From Escherichia coli (lineage in GTDB: Bacteria > Pseudomonadota > Gammaproteobacteria > Enterobacterales > Enterobacteriaceae), in NCBI RefSeq assembly GCF_003019035.1, contig NZ_CP027447.1: a stretch of DNA of 64,000 nucleotides; one strand, given 5' to 3'. Below the pieces are notes generated by a model that had not been told where the DNA came from, searched no databases, and saw only the letters and a program-made list of their open reading frames with translations. How positions within the stretch are numbered: position 1 is the stretch's first letter; each line of letters begins with the position of its first letter. Positions 28,861 through 37,239 of the stretch are shown piece by piece. The position numbers and the translations under genes were made by a program.

Positions 28861-29382
28861 CTAGATAAAACCATCATAGAAGTCATCCCTCTTACGAGAC
28901 CTGATACGAACTGGATTTGGCTCTCCTTTCAACCATACAGCACTGTTTTGACCACAAACCGGACACATGCAAAAACTGTCTTTTCGTATATGCAGGATAC
29001 TTTTCAGGTTTTTGGAATCAAAACAAGTCTGGCAAATATAATGTTCAGTTTCATCGTTTCCCGTATAACGATAAGCATAGAAGCCTTTTTCTTCACTCAG
29101 TAACGTCAGTTTATAATTACCGCGAAAGTTAAGAAGGTCTTCCAGAGAGCGAATTTTCTCTTCCAGATTGGTAATGGTTTTTTGCTGTTCTCCTAGCTTG
29201 CTCGTTACCTCAAAGAACTGCCCCTGTGCTTCAATAATTTTACTCTGTAATTCACTGGTCAAAGCGGCCTGTTTTATTTGATCACGCTCTTTTATTATTT
29301 TCTGAGCAGTACTGCTGATATAGCCAAGAGCTGTTAATAAAGCGTTTGTATCCATAGCACCCCGATATCCTCTAAACCACAT
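28861..29382 (-). CDS. Hypothetical coiled-coil protein with C-terminal zinc-ribbon (CxxC...CxCxxC), orphan accessory gene
   Basis: 173 aa (or 164 aa from the second ATG at 29355); heptad-like N-terminal half; C-terminal YICQTC...CMCPVCG; visibly AT-rich DNA. Confidence 0.55.
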   Translation of the reverse strand: MWFRGYRGAMDTNALLTALGYISSTAQKIIKERDQIKQAALTSELQSKIIEAQGQFFEVTSKLGEQQKTITNLEEKIRSLEDLLNFRGNYKLTLLSEEKGFYAYRYTGNDETEHYICQTCFDSKNLKSILHIRKDSFCMCPVCGQNSAVWLKGEPNPVRIRSRKRDDFYDGFI

Positions 29383-29422
29383 TAACAGAAATCACTTCAT
29401 CCCTGCCGCATCATGAAAGAAC

Positions 29423-29454
29423 GACCAGCCCGGCACCCGAAAGCCGGGCTGGTC
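29423..29454. other. Perfect 12-bp GC-rich stem-loop in the divergent intergenic region
   Basis: GACCAGCCCGGC-acccgaaa-GCCGGGCTGGTC between the 173-aa gene start and the methyltransferase gene. Confidence 0.5.
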
Positions 29455-29557
29455 ATCGTCCCACAGGAATGCACTGTGAGCCGACCGAGGTTCAGTCAGT
29501 CTCGCGAGACCAGACTAGCCTGCCATATTTTTAATAATTGTAAAAGGCTTACAGATT

Positions 29558-30322
29558 ATGAAAATGCAGTCATTACCCATCGTTCCATGGATTGGTGGCA
29601 AACGCCGCCTTGCAAAACACATTCTGCCGCTGTTTCCGGCGCATGAATGTTATGTGGAGCCGTTTTGTGGGGCAGCAGCGCTCTATTTTCTTAAGACACC
29701 CGGCAAGATCGAAGTCATTAATGATATCAACGGTGAACTGGTGAATCTGTACCGGGTGGTAAAGCATCACCTGGAAGAATTTGTCCACCAGTTCAAATGG
29801 GCGCTGGTCAGCCGTCAGATCTACAAGTGGCTGCAGATCACCCCGGAAGAAACACTGACGGATATCCAGCGTGCAGCACGGTTCTACTACCTCCAGAAGC
29901 AGGCGTTTGGCGGCAAGGTAGCAGAACACAGCTTCGGTACCTCCACCACATCCCCGCCACGCTTCAACCTGCTGCGTATTGAAGAAGAACTGTCAGCGGC
30001 ACACCTGCGACTTTCCAGAACAGTCATAGAACACATGGACTGGCAACAGTGCATTGAGCGCTATGATCGTCCGCACACGCTGTTCTACTGTGATCCGCCG
30101 TATCTGGGTACGGAAGGCTATGGTGTGGATTTTCCTGAAGGGAACTACTCGCGGCTGGCAGAGCTGGCCCGGTGCATCAGAGGAAAAATGATAATTTCGG
30201 TGAACGACATCCCGCAGATGCGCGAGGTGTTCACTGGACTGAACATACAGACAGTGAATATCAACTACAGTCTGGCGGGGAAACCCACGCCGCGCCGTGA
30301 ACTGATAATCTGCAACTTCTGA
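29558..30322 (+). CDS. DNA adenine methyltransferase, Dam-like
   Basis: 254 aa with the N-terminal AdoMet-binding region (FCGAAALYF) and the catalytic DPPY motif (YCDPPYLG). Confidence 0.85.
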   Translation: MKMQSLPIVPWIGGKRRLAKHILPLFPAHECYVEPFCGAAALYFLKTPGKIEVINDINGELVNLYRVVKHHLEEFVHQFKWALVSRQIYKWLQITPEETLTDIQRAARFYYLQKQAFGGKVAEHSFGTSTTSPPRFNLLRIEEELSAAHLRLSRTVIEHMDWQQCIERYDRPHTLFYCDPPYLGTEGYGVDFPEGNYSRLAELARCIRGKMIISVNDIPQMREVFTGLNIQTVNINYSLAGKPTPRRELIICNF

Positions 30323-30329
30323 AACAGAA

Positions 30330-30352
30330 CCGGAAAGCACAATGCTTTCCGG
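30330..30352. terminator. Hairpin between the convergent methyltransferase and repressor genes
   Basis: CCGGAAAGCA-caa-TGCTTTCCGG, 10-bp perfect stem, 8 bp after the methyltransferase stop. Confidence 0.45.
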
Positions 30353-30438
30353 TAAATCAGCCCATTCCTGCCATGCTACTGACGGCGCTTTCTGAAAGCG
30401 TCCAGATCAACCACCTGTCCTTTGTGTCCGGGTCAGAA

Positions 30439-30816
30439 TCAGCCTGTAAATTTACTTGGTTTGGGTTGAGTATAGAATCGCCCAACCTCAAGAAATGAGC
30501 GTCGTTGTTCCGGAGTCATTTCATCAAATGCGTCCATTAATTTTTGTTTTTCTGGTGACATTTTTGGGACAACATTGGTCATTACATCCCCTCTCTGTCC
30601 TGTAACAACGTAAAGCACGTCAAGCCCTAAAGTAGCCCAAATTGCCAAAGCATCTGCTCCGGGAGCGGATTCATCCTTTTCCCACCGCAATTGGCTTTTA
30701 TAGGATGCCCCCACCAATTCAGCAAACTCAGACTGACTAAATCCTAGGCGGTTTCGTTCTTCTTTTAATCGTGAGCCAAGTGACATTTTTGTCCAATACC
30801 TATTTACATGTCCCAT
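30439..30816 (-). CDS. Phage repressor, XRE-family HTH
   Basis: 125 aa with HTH LGFSQSEFAELVGASYKSQLRWEKDE; divergent from the early operon. Confidence 0.7.
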   Translation of the reverse strand: MGHVNRYWTKMSLGSRLKEERNRLGFSQSEFAELVGASYKSQLRWEKDESAPGADALAIWATLGLDVLYVVTGQRGDVMTNVVPKMSPEKQKLMDAFDEMTPEQRRSFLEVGRFYTQPKPSKFTG

Positions 30817-30878
30817 TTTTGGGATAATAATCTAACATATATAGAGCAAACATCATTGCGTTAATAAAGGAGGCAACA

Positions 30879-31067
30879 ATGACTGCAGAGCAGGTCAAAG
30901 CCCATTTCCGCCGCAACGGAATCACCTTTACCCAGTGGGCAAAACAGAACAACTACACCCGAGCAGAGGTTTACCGCGTACTGAATGGACAGGTAAAAGC
31001 GAACTATGGCAAAGCCCATGAAATCGCCGTCAAGCTGGGATTAAAAACCATCACTGACGCCGCTTAA
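30879..31067 (+). CDS. Small DNA-binding early regulator (Ner/Cro-like by position)
   Basis: 62 aa, strong RBS AAGGAGG; first gene of the early operon, divergent from the repressor. Confidence 0.5.
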   Translation: MTAEQVKAHFRRNGITFTQWAKQNNYTRAEVYRVLNGQVKANYGKAHEIAVKLGLKTITDAA

Positions 31068-31113
31068 AAAGATACAGCATGCGAAAAAGATTATCACATA
31101 TTGAAAAAGAGGT

Positions 31114-31428
31114 ATGCAGATGAGTAAGACGAATGTTTCAAGCTCCGGCAGTCGTATCCTCCGGGTACTCAAAGCGCTGCGCGGTCATGCCCTGAACGGT
31201 ATTTCCAACGGTGAACTGGCAGCAGCACTGCACGAGTCACCGGCAAACATCAACCGGGCACTCAACACCCTCATTGAAGAAGGGCTGGCCCTGAAACTGG
31301 AGAATGGACGTTTTGCTCCTGGCATCCAGTTACTGCAGATCGCCATGGCTCACAGTAACGAGATGGCACGAGCGCAGGATCGTATTAACGAAATCAACCA
31401 ACGTGTCATTTCAGGTAGTCGTTTGTAA
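31114..31428 (+). CDS. Winged-helix (IclR-type HTH-like) DNA-binding protein
   Basis: 104 aa; RILRVLKALRGHALNGISNGELAAALHESPANINRALNTLIEEGLA pattern. Confidence 0.45.
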   Translation: MQMSKTNVSSSGSRILRVLKALRGHALNGISNGELAAALHESPANINRALNTLIEEGLALKLENGRFAPGIQLLQIAMAHSNEMARAQDRINEINQRVISGSRL

Positions 31429-31438
31429 GGAGTAATCA

Positions 31439-32350
31439 ATGGGACGCACTAAATCACCAATGACCACAGATCTGAATGCTGAGGTGCCGCTTTCTGATGA
31501 TCTCAACGTCAGCCTGAATACCATGACACAGCATCGTATGGAGATCATGCAGCAGTTCGGCGACGGCCTGCCCTATGAACGTAATCGCATCGTTCACGAA
31601 GCTCGGTTTTATATGGACCAGAGTGCGGAGGCTATGCTGGAGGCAGGTAAACGTTTGGTTATCCTGAAGGAAAATGAACCTCATGGAGAATACGTACAAA
31701 TCGTCAAAGAACAGTTGAACCTTGAGCCACGCATAGCCCAAAAAATGGCCCAAGCTGCTCTGAAGTTTTTATCTCCAGAGCTGACATCAAAAGCGAAAAC
31801 GTTTTCGCATTTGGGAAGATCAAAACTGTACGAATTGATGTTAGAGGATGATGAAGACCTTGCCGAACTGGCCGACGGTGGCACAGTTGCCGGCCTGACG
31901 CTTGACGACGTTGATCGCATGTCAGTACGTGAATTGCGTCAGTCTCTTCGCGAAGCCCGCGAAACCAACGCAGCACAACAGCGCGTACTCGCCGACAAAA
32001 ATGAAAAAATAGACTCACTCTCCACCAGACTGGAGAAGAAATCCCGTATTCAGCCGCCTGAGCCTGATGAGGAGGTTAAGAAGCTGCGGGCGGAAGTGAC
32101 AGCATTAGCGGTTGAGGCGGAATCTGCCATCGCCGTTCGATTGTCCAGCGCTTTTGAGACGCTGTGTGCATATTGTGCTGAAAACATGATTGATACCCCC
32201 AGAGACTTCATGGCAGGCCTGGTCTGTCAACTGGAAAGCACAGCGCGTAGCCTGCGCTCCACATTTGACCTGCCGGACGAGCCAACAGGCAATGCAGCGC
32301 CTTCATGGCTGACTGAGCCGACGCCACAGATTAACGGGCTGGAGGCATAA
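31439..32350 (+). CDS. Hypothetical early protein
   Basis: 303 aa, helical/acidic, RBS TAAGGAG; immediately upstream of the transposase. Confidence 0.45.
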   Translation: MGRTKSPMTTDLNAEVPLSDDLNVSLNTMTQHRMEIMQQFGDGLPYERNRIVHEARFYMDQSAEAMLEAGKRLVILKENEPHGEYVQIVKEQLNLEPRIAQKMAQAALKFLSPELTSKAKTFSHLGRSKLYELMLEDDEDLAELADGGTVAGLTLDDVDRMSVRELRQSLREARETNAAQQRVLADKNEKIDSLSTRLEKKSRIQPPEPDEEVKKLRAEVTALAVEAESAIAVRLSSAFETLCAYCAENMIDTPRDFMAGLVCQLESTARSLRSTFDLPDEPTGNAAPSWLTEPTPQINGLEA

Positions 32351-32353
32351 CCA

Positions 32354-34135
32354 ATGAATGCTGCCCTGACTGAACGACTGGTTTATGTCGCCCGCGCGGC
32401 ACGTGACGCGGGGCATGGTAAACGCGGTGCAATATACGACGCTGCCTGTGCTGAACTTGGCATGTCCCGCGCCACTCTGCTGCGCAGGCTGAAGGAGGTC
32501 TCTGTGACTGATAAACGCAAAAAACGCGCCGATGCCGGGCGCAGCGCTCTGACCCGCGACGAAGCCGCGCTGATATCTGCCACACTGCGTGAGGCCACCC
32601 GCAAGAACGGTAAGCGTCTCTATTCCATCGCAGATGCAGTGGAAACCCTGCGGGCTAACGGCTTTATCTCCGCAGGCAGAACAGATGAAACCACCGGTGA
32701 GTTTTTCCCGTTGTCCGAAGATGCCATCAGTCGTGCCCTGCGTAACTATGGCCTGCACCCGGAACAACTGGATGCCCCTGCACCGCATACCGAAGTGGCC
32801 AGTCTGCATCCCAATCATGTCTGGCAGATTGACGCCTCACTCTGCACGCTTTACTACCTGAGCAATGGACATAAAGGGCTGCAGGTGATGGACAGCGCGA
32901 AGTTCTACAAGAACAAGCCCGCTAACCTTGCCCGTATCGCCAGTGACCGCGTGTGGAGTTACGAGATTACCGACCATGCCAGCGGCTGGATTTACGTTGA
33001 GTATGTGACGGGCGCGGAATCCGGTGAGAACCTGTGTTCTGTGCTTATCAACGCCATGCAGGAGCGCGGTGGCGCAGACGTGCTGCACGGCGTGCCGAAA
33101 ATACTCTATCTCGACCCTGGCTCGGCAAACACCGCGGGTATGACGAAAAACATGTGCCGCTCACTGGGCATCGACCTGATAGCGCACAGGCCGCATAACG
33201 CCCGCGCCACCGGACAGGTGGAAAAGGCGCGTGACATTATCGAACGCAAGCTGGAGCCGGGTCTGAAGTTCCGGCCGGTTCACAGTCTGGAAGAACTCAA
33301 CGCGCTGGCCGCGAAATGGCGCAGCCACTTTAACGCCACGGCTGTTCACAGCCGCCACGGTAAAACCCGCACGGATATCTGGCTGAAGATTACTGCTGAG
33401 CAGCTGAAAAAAGCGCCTTCCGTTGAAGTATGCCGTGAACTGGCTGTGGCGACACCAGAACTCCGCAAAGTCACGCCAAAACTTCGTGTCTCGTTCCGGG
33501 GCACTGAATTTGACGTATCAACGGTACCGGGCGTACTGGTTGGTGAAAAACTGATGATTACCCGTAACCCATGGCGCAGCGATGTGGCACAGGTGGTTCT
33601 GACCGGTGAGGACGGCCACGAGACGTTCTTCCTGGTCGAAGAGGTCAGAAAGAACGAGTTTGGCTTTGCTGAAGGCGCGGCGGTATTTGGCGAAAGTTAC
33701 AAAGCCCTGCCGGAAACCCCGGCACAGATGGCGGCAAAAGAAACCGAAGCGCTGGTTACCGGTACAGACAACGCCGCAGATGCAGCCGCCGCACGCAAGG
33801 CGAAGGCGCTGCCGTTCGGCGGGCGGCTTGACCCGTATAAACATATCGACGACACCACACTTCCGGCCTATATGCCGAAGCGTGGTCAGGCCTCTGACGT
33901 ACGCGGGCCGCGCACTGAACAACGTCCCATGACTCATGTGGAGGCCGCGAAAGCCCTGCGCGATAAGTTCAGCGCCGACGGCCTTACCTGGACGCCGGAA
34001 CATTACCGCCAGTTAACGGCACAGTACCCGGACGGCGTACCGGAAGCTGCACTGGATGAAGTCATGGCCACGCTGACCACGCCGGCCCGCAGCAGCGTTA
34101 TCAGCAGCGTTATCAGCATTGTTAACGGCAACTGA
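32354..34135 (+). CDS. DDE transposase (integrase catalytic core; functional analogue of Mu A)
   Basis: 593 aa; candidate catalytic region HVWQIDAS...YLDPGSANTAG; followed by the transposition ATPase gene. Confidence 0.8.
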   Translation: MNAALTERLVYVARAARDAGHGKRGAIYDAACAELGMSRATLLRRLKEVSVTDKRKKRADAGRSALTRDEAALISATLREATRKNGKRLYSIADAVETLRANGFISAGRTDETTGEFFPLSEDAISRALRNYGLHPEQLDAPAPHTEVASLHPNHVWQIDASLCTLYYLSNGHKGLQVMDSAKFYKNKPANLARIASDRVWSYEITDHASGWIYVEYVTGAESGENLCSVLINAMQERGGADVLHGVPKILYLDPGSANTAGMTKNMCRSLGIDLIAHRPHNARATGQVEKARDIIERKLEPGLKFRPVHSLEELNALAAKWRSHFNATAVHSRHGKTRTDIWLKITAEQLKKAPSVEVCRELAVATPELRKVTPKLRVSFRGTEFDVSTVPGVLVGEKLMITRNPWRSDVAQVVLTGEDGHETFFLVEEVRKNEFGFAEGAAVFGESYKALPETPAQMAAKETEALVTGTDNAADAAAARKAKALPFGGRLDPYKHIDDTTLPAYMPKRGQASDVRGPRTEQRPMTHVEAAKALRDKFSADGLTWTPEHYRQLTAQYPDGVPEAALDEVMATLTTPARSSVISSVISIVNGN

Positions 34136-34145
34136 GGAGGAAAAC

Positions 34146-35312
34146 ATGCTGGTACTGAAGCAGCAACTGAAAGAGGCCCGTATCCCACAGGCGGTGGTGG
34201 CGAGAGCTGTCGATGTTTCTGAGGCCACGCTGGCCCAGATTGTGAATCATAACGCGTGGCCCCGCACCCGCCCCGGAGAAGTGCGCCGGCGTCTTGCGTC
34301 CTGGCTGGAAAGTCAGGGGATTGATACAACGAAGAGTTTTGATGCTGTACAGGGCGCGGCCACGCCCCGTACAGCGGGTACCACAGATAAAACGAGCCTC
34401 AGTGAGGAAGAGAATATGTTACTCAAAAAACAGGTGTTATTTCCAGCAACCAAAAAAGCGTTTGGTCTTTTCCGTGACCCGTTCGCCGACGAAGCCATGC
34501 AGGGTTCTGATGATGTGTTCACCACCCCGGACATTCGCTACGTGCGTGAGGCGCTGTACCAGACAGCCCGTCATGGTGGGTTTATGGCCGTCATCGGTGA
34601 GTCCGGTGCGGGTAAATCCACGCTGCGCCGCGACCTGACTGAACGTATCAACCGCGAGAATGCGCCGGTAATTGTTATCGAGCCATACATCATCGCTATG
34701 GAAGACAACGATGTGAAAGGGAAAACCCTGAAGGCAGCAGCTATTGCCGAAGCCATTATCAGTACCATCGCACCACTGGAAAGCATCAGACGCAGTCAGG
34801 ACGCCCGCTTTCGCCAGTTGCATCGCGTCCTGAAAGACAGCAGCCAGGCGGGGTTCAGCCACGTTCTGGTGATTGAGGAGGCTCACAGTCTGCCCATTCC
34901 GACACTGAAACACCTCAAACGCTTTTTTGAGCTGGAGTCCGGTTTCAAAAAACTGCTGTCCATCGTGCTGATTGGTCAGCCGGAACTGGCGACAAAACTG
35001 TCTGAACGCAATATGGAAGTCCGTGAAGTCGTTCAGCGCTGTGAGGTGGTCGAACTTCTGCCTCTGGACAATAACCTTGAAGAGTTTCTGACGTTCAAAC
35101 TGCAACGGGCCGGTAAACAACTGACGGACATTATGGACGCCAGTGCAGTGGATGCCATACGTGCCCGCCTGAGCAATCCGGGAAGTCATCGTAAAAATAT
35201 GGTCAGCCTGCTGTATCCGCTGGCCGTCAGTAACCTGGTGATAGCCGCCATGAATCTGGCCGCTGAAATCGGGGTTCCACAGGTCAACGCTGACGTTGTC
35301 AAAGGGGTTTAA
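34146..35312 (+). CDS. AAA+ transposition ATPase (Mu B / TniB-like)
   Basis: Walker A GESGAGKST and Walker B VLVIEEAH; ATG at 34146 with GAGGAGG RBS; the track ORF opens at an upstream TTG. Confidence 0.75.
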   Translation: MLVLKQQLKEARIPQAVVARAVDVSEATLAQIVNHNAWPRTRPGEVRRRLASWLESQGIDTTKSFDAVQGAATPRTAGTTDKTSLSEEENMLLKKQVLFPATKKAFGLFRDPFADEAMQGSDDVFTTPDIRYVREALYQTARHGGFMAVIGESGAGKSTLRRDLTERINRENAPVIVIEPYIIAMEDNDVKGKTLKAAAIAEAIISTIAPLESIRRSQDARFRQLHRVLKDSSQAGFSHVLVIEEAHSLPIPTLKHLKRFFELESGFKKLLSIVLIGQPELATKLSERNMEVREVVQRCEVVELLPLDNNLEEFLTFKLQRAGKQLTDIMDASAVDAIRARLSNPGSHRKNMVSLLYPLAVSNLVIAAMNLAAEIGVPQVNADVVKGV

Positions 35313-35314
35313 TA

Positions 35315-35584
35315 ATGAAATCCACCACAGGTATCAACCAGCAAATCAGCAAAGTGCAGTCAGCCATTATGGCGCTTAAGGCGACGAACACGGATGTACA
35401 AAGCATCACCATCAGGGGTAACAAACCTGTCATCCGCGTTTCCCGGAGTGCGCATTGCATGCGCATGCTTGAGCAGGGAAAGGCCTGTTATCTGTATACC
35501 GGACATGACCACAGGGGATATTTCCGTCAGGGCGTTTTCGAACTGCACGGCTGTCGCGTCGTGTGGCCGGAATCTTTGTGGTAA
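35315..35584 (+). CDS. Hypothetical early protein
   Basis: 89-aa ORF directly after the ATPase gene. Confidence 0.4.
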   Translation: MKSTTGINQQISKVQSAIMALKATNTDVQSITIRGNKPVIRVSRSAHCMRMLEQGKACYLYTGHDHRGYFRQGVFELHGCRVVWPESLW

Positions 35585-35611
35585 TCAGCACAACTGGAGA
35601 AATCATAAAAT

Positions 35612-36142
35612 ATGGCAAAAAGTACAAAAGGGGCAAAACGTATCAAGTCCGCAGCGGCACTCTGGGTACCAGGGACACGCGAAGAGGTCATTGAGGGCAT
35701 CAGACTGCTCGGTGACGCACAACGTGAACTGGTCAGGGCTGAAACAGAAATGAATGACGCCATTGGCGATATCACCGCACGTTATGCCCCGCTCACCGAG
35801 AGCCTGAAAAAACGCATGGCCGAACTGCAGTCCGGTATTCAGACATGGTGTGAGGCACACCGTGATGAACTGACCGGCAACGGGAAGGTGAAGTTCGCTA
35901 ACCTCACCACCGGCGAGGTGCAGTGGCGAAACCGTCCGCCATCAGTCAGTATCCGTGGAGCGGATAATGTTATTGAACTACTGAGACGTCTGGGGCTTGA
36001 GCGCTTTATTCGTGTAAAAGAGGAAATAAATAAAGATGCCATTCTGAATGAAAAAGAGGCCGTGAAAAATATTCCCGGTATTACCATAAAAAGTGATATT
36101 GAGGATTTTTCAATAATTCCTTTTGAGCAGGATGTGCAGTAA
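35612..36142 (+). CDS. Gam-like host-nuclease inhibitor / DNA-end binding protein
   Basis: 176 aa, size and sequence character of Mu Gam; RBS GGAGA. Confidence 0.6.
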   Translation: MAKSTKGAKRIKSAAALWVPGTREEVIEGIRLLGDAQRELVRAETEMNDAIGDITARYAPLTESLKKRMAELQSGIQTWCEAHRDELTGNGKVKFANLTTGEVQWRNRPPSVSIRGADNVIELLRRLGLERFIRVKEEINKDAILNEKEAVKNIPGITIKSDIEDFSIIPFEQDVQ

Positions 36143-36239
36143 ACACACCACGTTAATTATTTAATAAAAATATTTTCTTTTTTATTCCGGCGTCAGCGCC
36201 GTGGGCTTCTGCACGCCGGAAACAGAGGAGAATTAAATT

Positions 36240-36434
36240 ATGATATTTAAATGTATTCAGTGCGAGAGGGATATAACAGCCCTGCGTTTTCACAGCGCCA
36301 TCGCCGTGATGTCCGGTAAATACCACATCCCTGCGGTACGCGTCACCCTGGTCTGCCCGTACTGCAGCCAGCATTTTTCGGCGGACGTGCCCGTCATGGA
36401 ATTCTCCCGCCCTGACAGGGAGGACGCGCAATGA
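36240..36434 (+). CDS. Small zinc-ribbon protein
   Basis: 64 aa with CIQC...CPYC; RBS GAGGAG. Confidence 0.45.
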   Translation: MIFKCIQCERDITALRFHSAIAVMSGKYHIPAVRVTLVCPYCSQHFSADVPVMEFSRPDREDAQ

Positions 36435-36703
36435 TTACCCCACAGGAAGCACGACAGCGCACCCGAACCCTTGTTGAACACTATGTCAACGAGTGTGAAT
36501 GCCGCGACCTCACCGATGTGAAGCACGTCCTGACGGCGCTAATCAGCATGGCCGCTCAGGCCATTGTGGCGACCAACGGAAAGGCGGCTGCCCTGCAGGT
36601 ACTGGTGAACACACTCACCCACACGGCAGAGCATGAGGTGCCGTACCGGATGGAAACCACTGCAGAAGGCGGCCTGCACATCACCGTCAGCCGGAAGCAC
36701 TGA
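36431..36703 (+). CDS. Hypothetical early protein
   Basis: 90 aa; ATGA overlap with the upstream gene. Confidence 0.4.
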   Translation: MITPQEARQRTRTLVEHYVNECECRDLTDVKHVLTALISMAAQAIVATNGKAAALQVLVNTLTHTAEHEVPYRMETTAEGGLHITVSRKH

Positions 36704-36712
36704 GGGCGCGGC

Positions 36713-37009
36713 ATGACACGAAACACCGAACTCACCCGCACCGCCCTCTACCGTCTGGCCCTGCACCGTTTCGGGCCGGACGCACAGGCCCTGAAACTGA
36801 CAGAAGAGGCCGCTGAACTGGCGGCCAGTGCTGCCCGCAATCTGAACGGACAGGGCAACGAAAGTGACCTCGCGGCAGAGCTGGCAGACGTGGAAATCAT
36901 GACAGAGCAATTGCGCCTTCAGGGGATGGACCGGCTGATTGACTTCCACAAACAGAAAAAACTGGAACGTCTGGCTGCACGACTGGGCGTGATTTACACG
37001 AACGAGTAA
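36713..37009 (+). CDS. MazG-like nucleotide pyrophosphohydrolase domain protein
   Basis: 98 aa with EExxE and ExxD motifs (LTEEAAELAA...ELADVEIM) typical of all-alpha MazG/HisE-type NTP pyrophosphatases. Confidence 0.5.
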   Translation: MTRNTELTRTALYRLALHRFGPDAQALKLTEEAAELAASAARNLNGQGNESDLAAELADVEIMTEQLRLQGMDRLIDFHKQKKLERLAARLGVIYTNE

Positions 37010-37023
37010 CCGGGAGGCATTCA

Positions 37024-37239
37024 ATGGCTGACATACTCAGGGAAATCACCGCATGGATACTGATTCTTACTGGCCTGGCGACATGCCTCAGTGCGGGGGC
37101 AGCCCTGGCTGCCCTGCTGATGCACATAACAACACAGTGGTTATGGGAAAAGCTTAAAGCAGCATACAGCCTGAAAGAGCTGTCCGACGCTGTCCGGGCA
37201 TGGAAACGGCAGAAAAATACCGGAGATACAGAACAATGA
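37024..37239 (+). CDS. Small membrane protein
   Basis: 71 aa with one hydrophobic helix; RBS GGGAGG. Confidence 0.4.
   Translation: MADILREITAWILILTGLATCLSAGAALAALLMHITTQWLWEKLKAAYSLKELSDAVRAWKRQKNTGDTEQ

Noticed and set aside
28861-30322. The 173-aa zinc-ribbon protein as the restriction endonuclease partner of the Dam-like methyltransferase
   Set aside because: The two genes are divergent, not an operon; the small protein has no recognisable PD-(D/E)xK or other nuclease motif and is much shorter than known GATC-specific endonucleases.
32354-35312. Transposase plus AAA+ ATPase pair as an independent IS or Tn7-like transposon
   Set aside because: The pair is embedded within a complete phage gene set and the terminal inverted repeats and target duplication bound the whole 37 kb element, not the two genes.
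36143-36239. Inverted repeat TTCCGGCGT...ACGCCGGAA after the Gam-like gene as a terminator
   Set aside because: The 19-nt loop is too long and the T-run precedes rather than follows the stem on the coding strand; more likely a weak structure or binding site inside the early operon.
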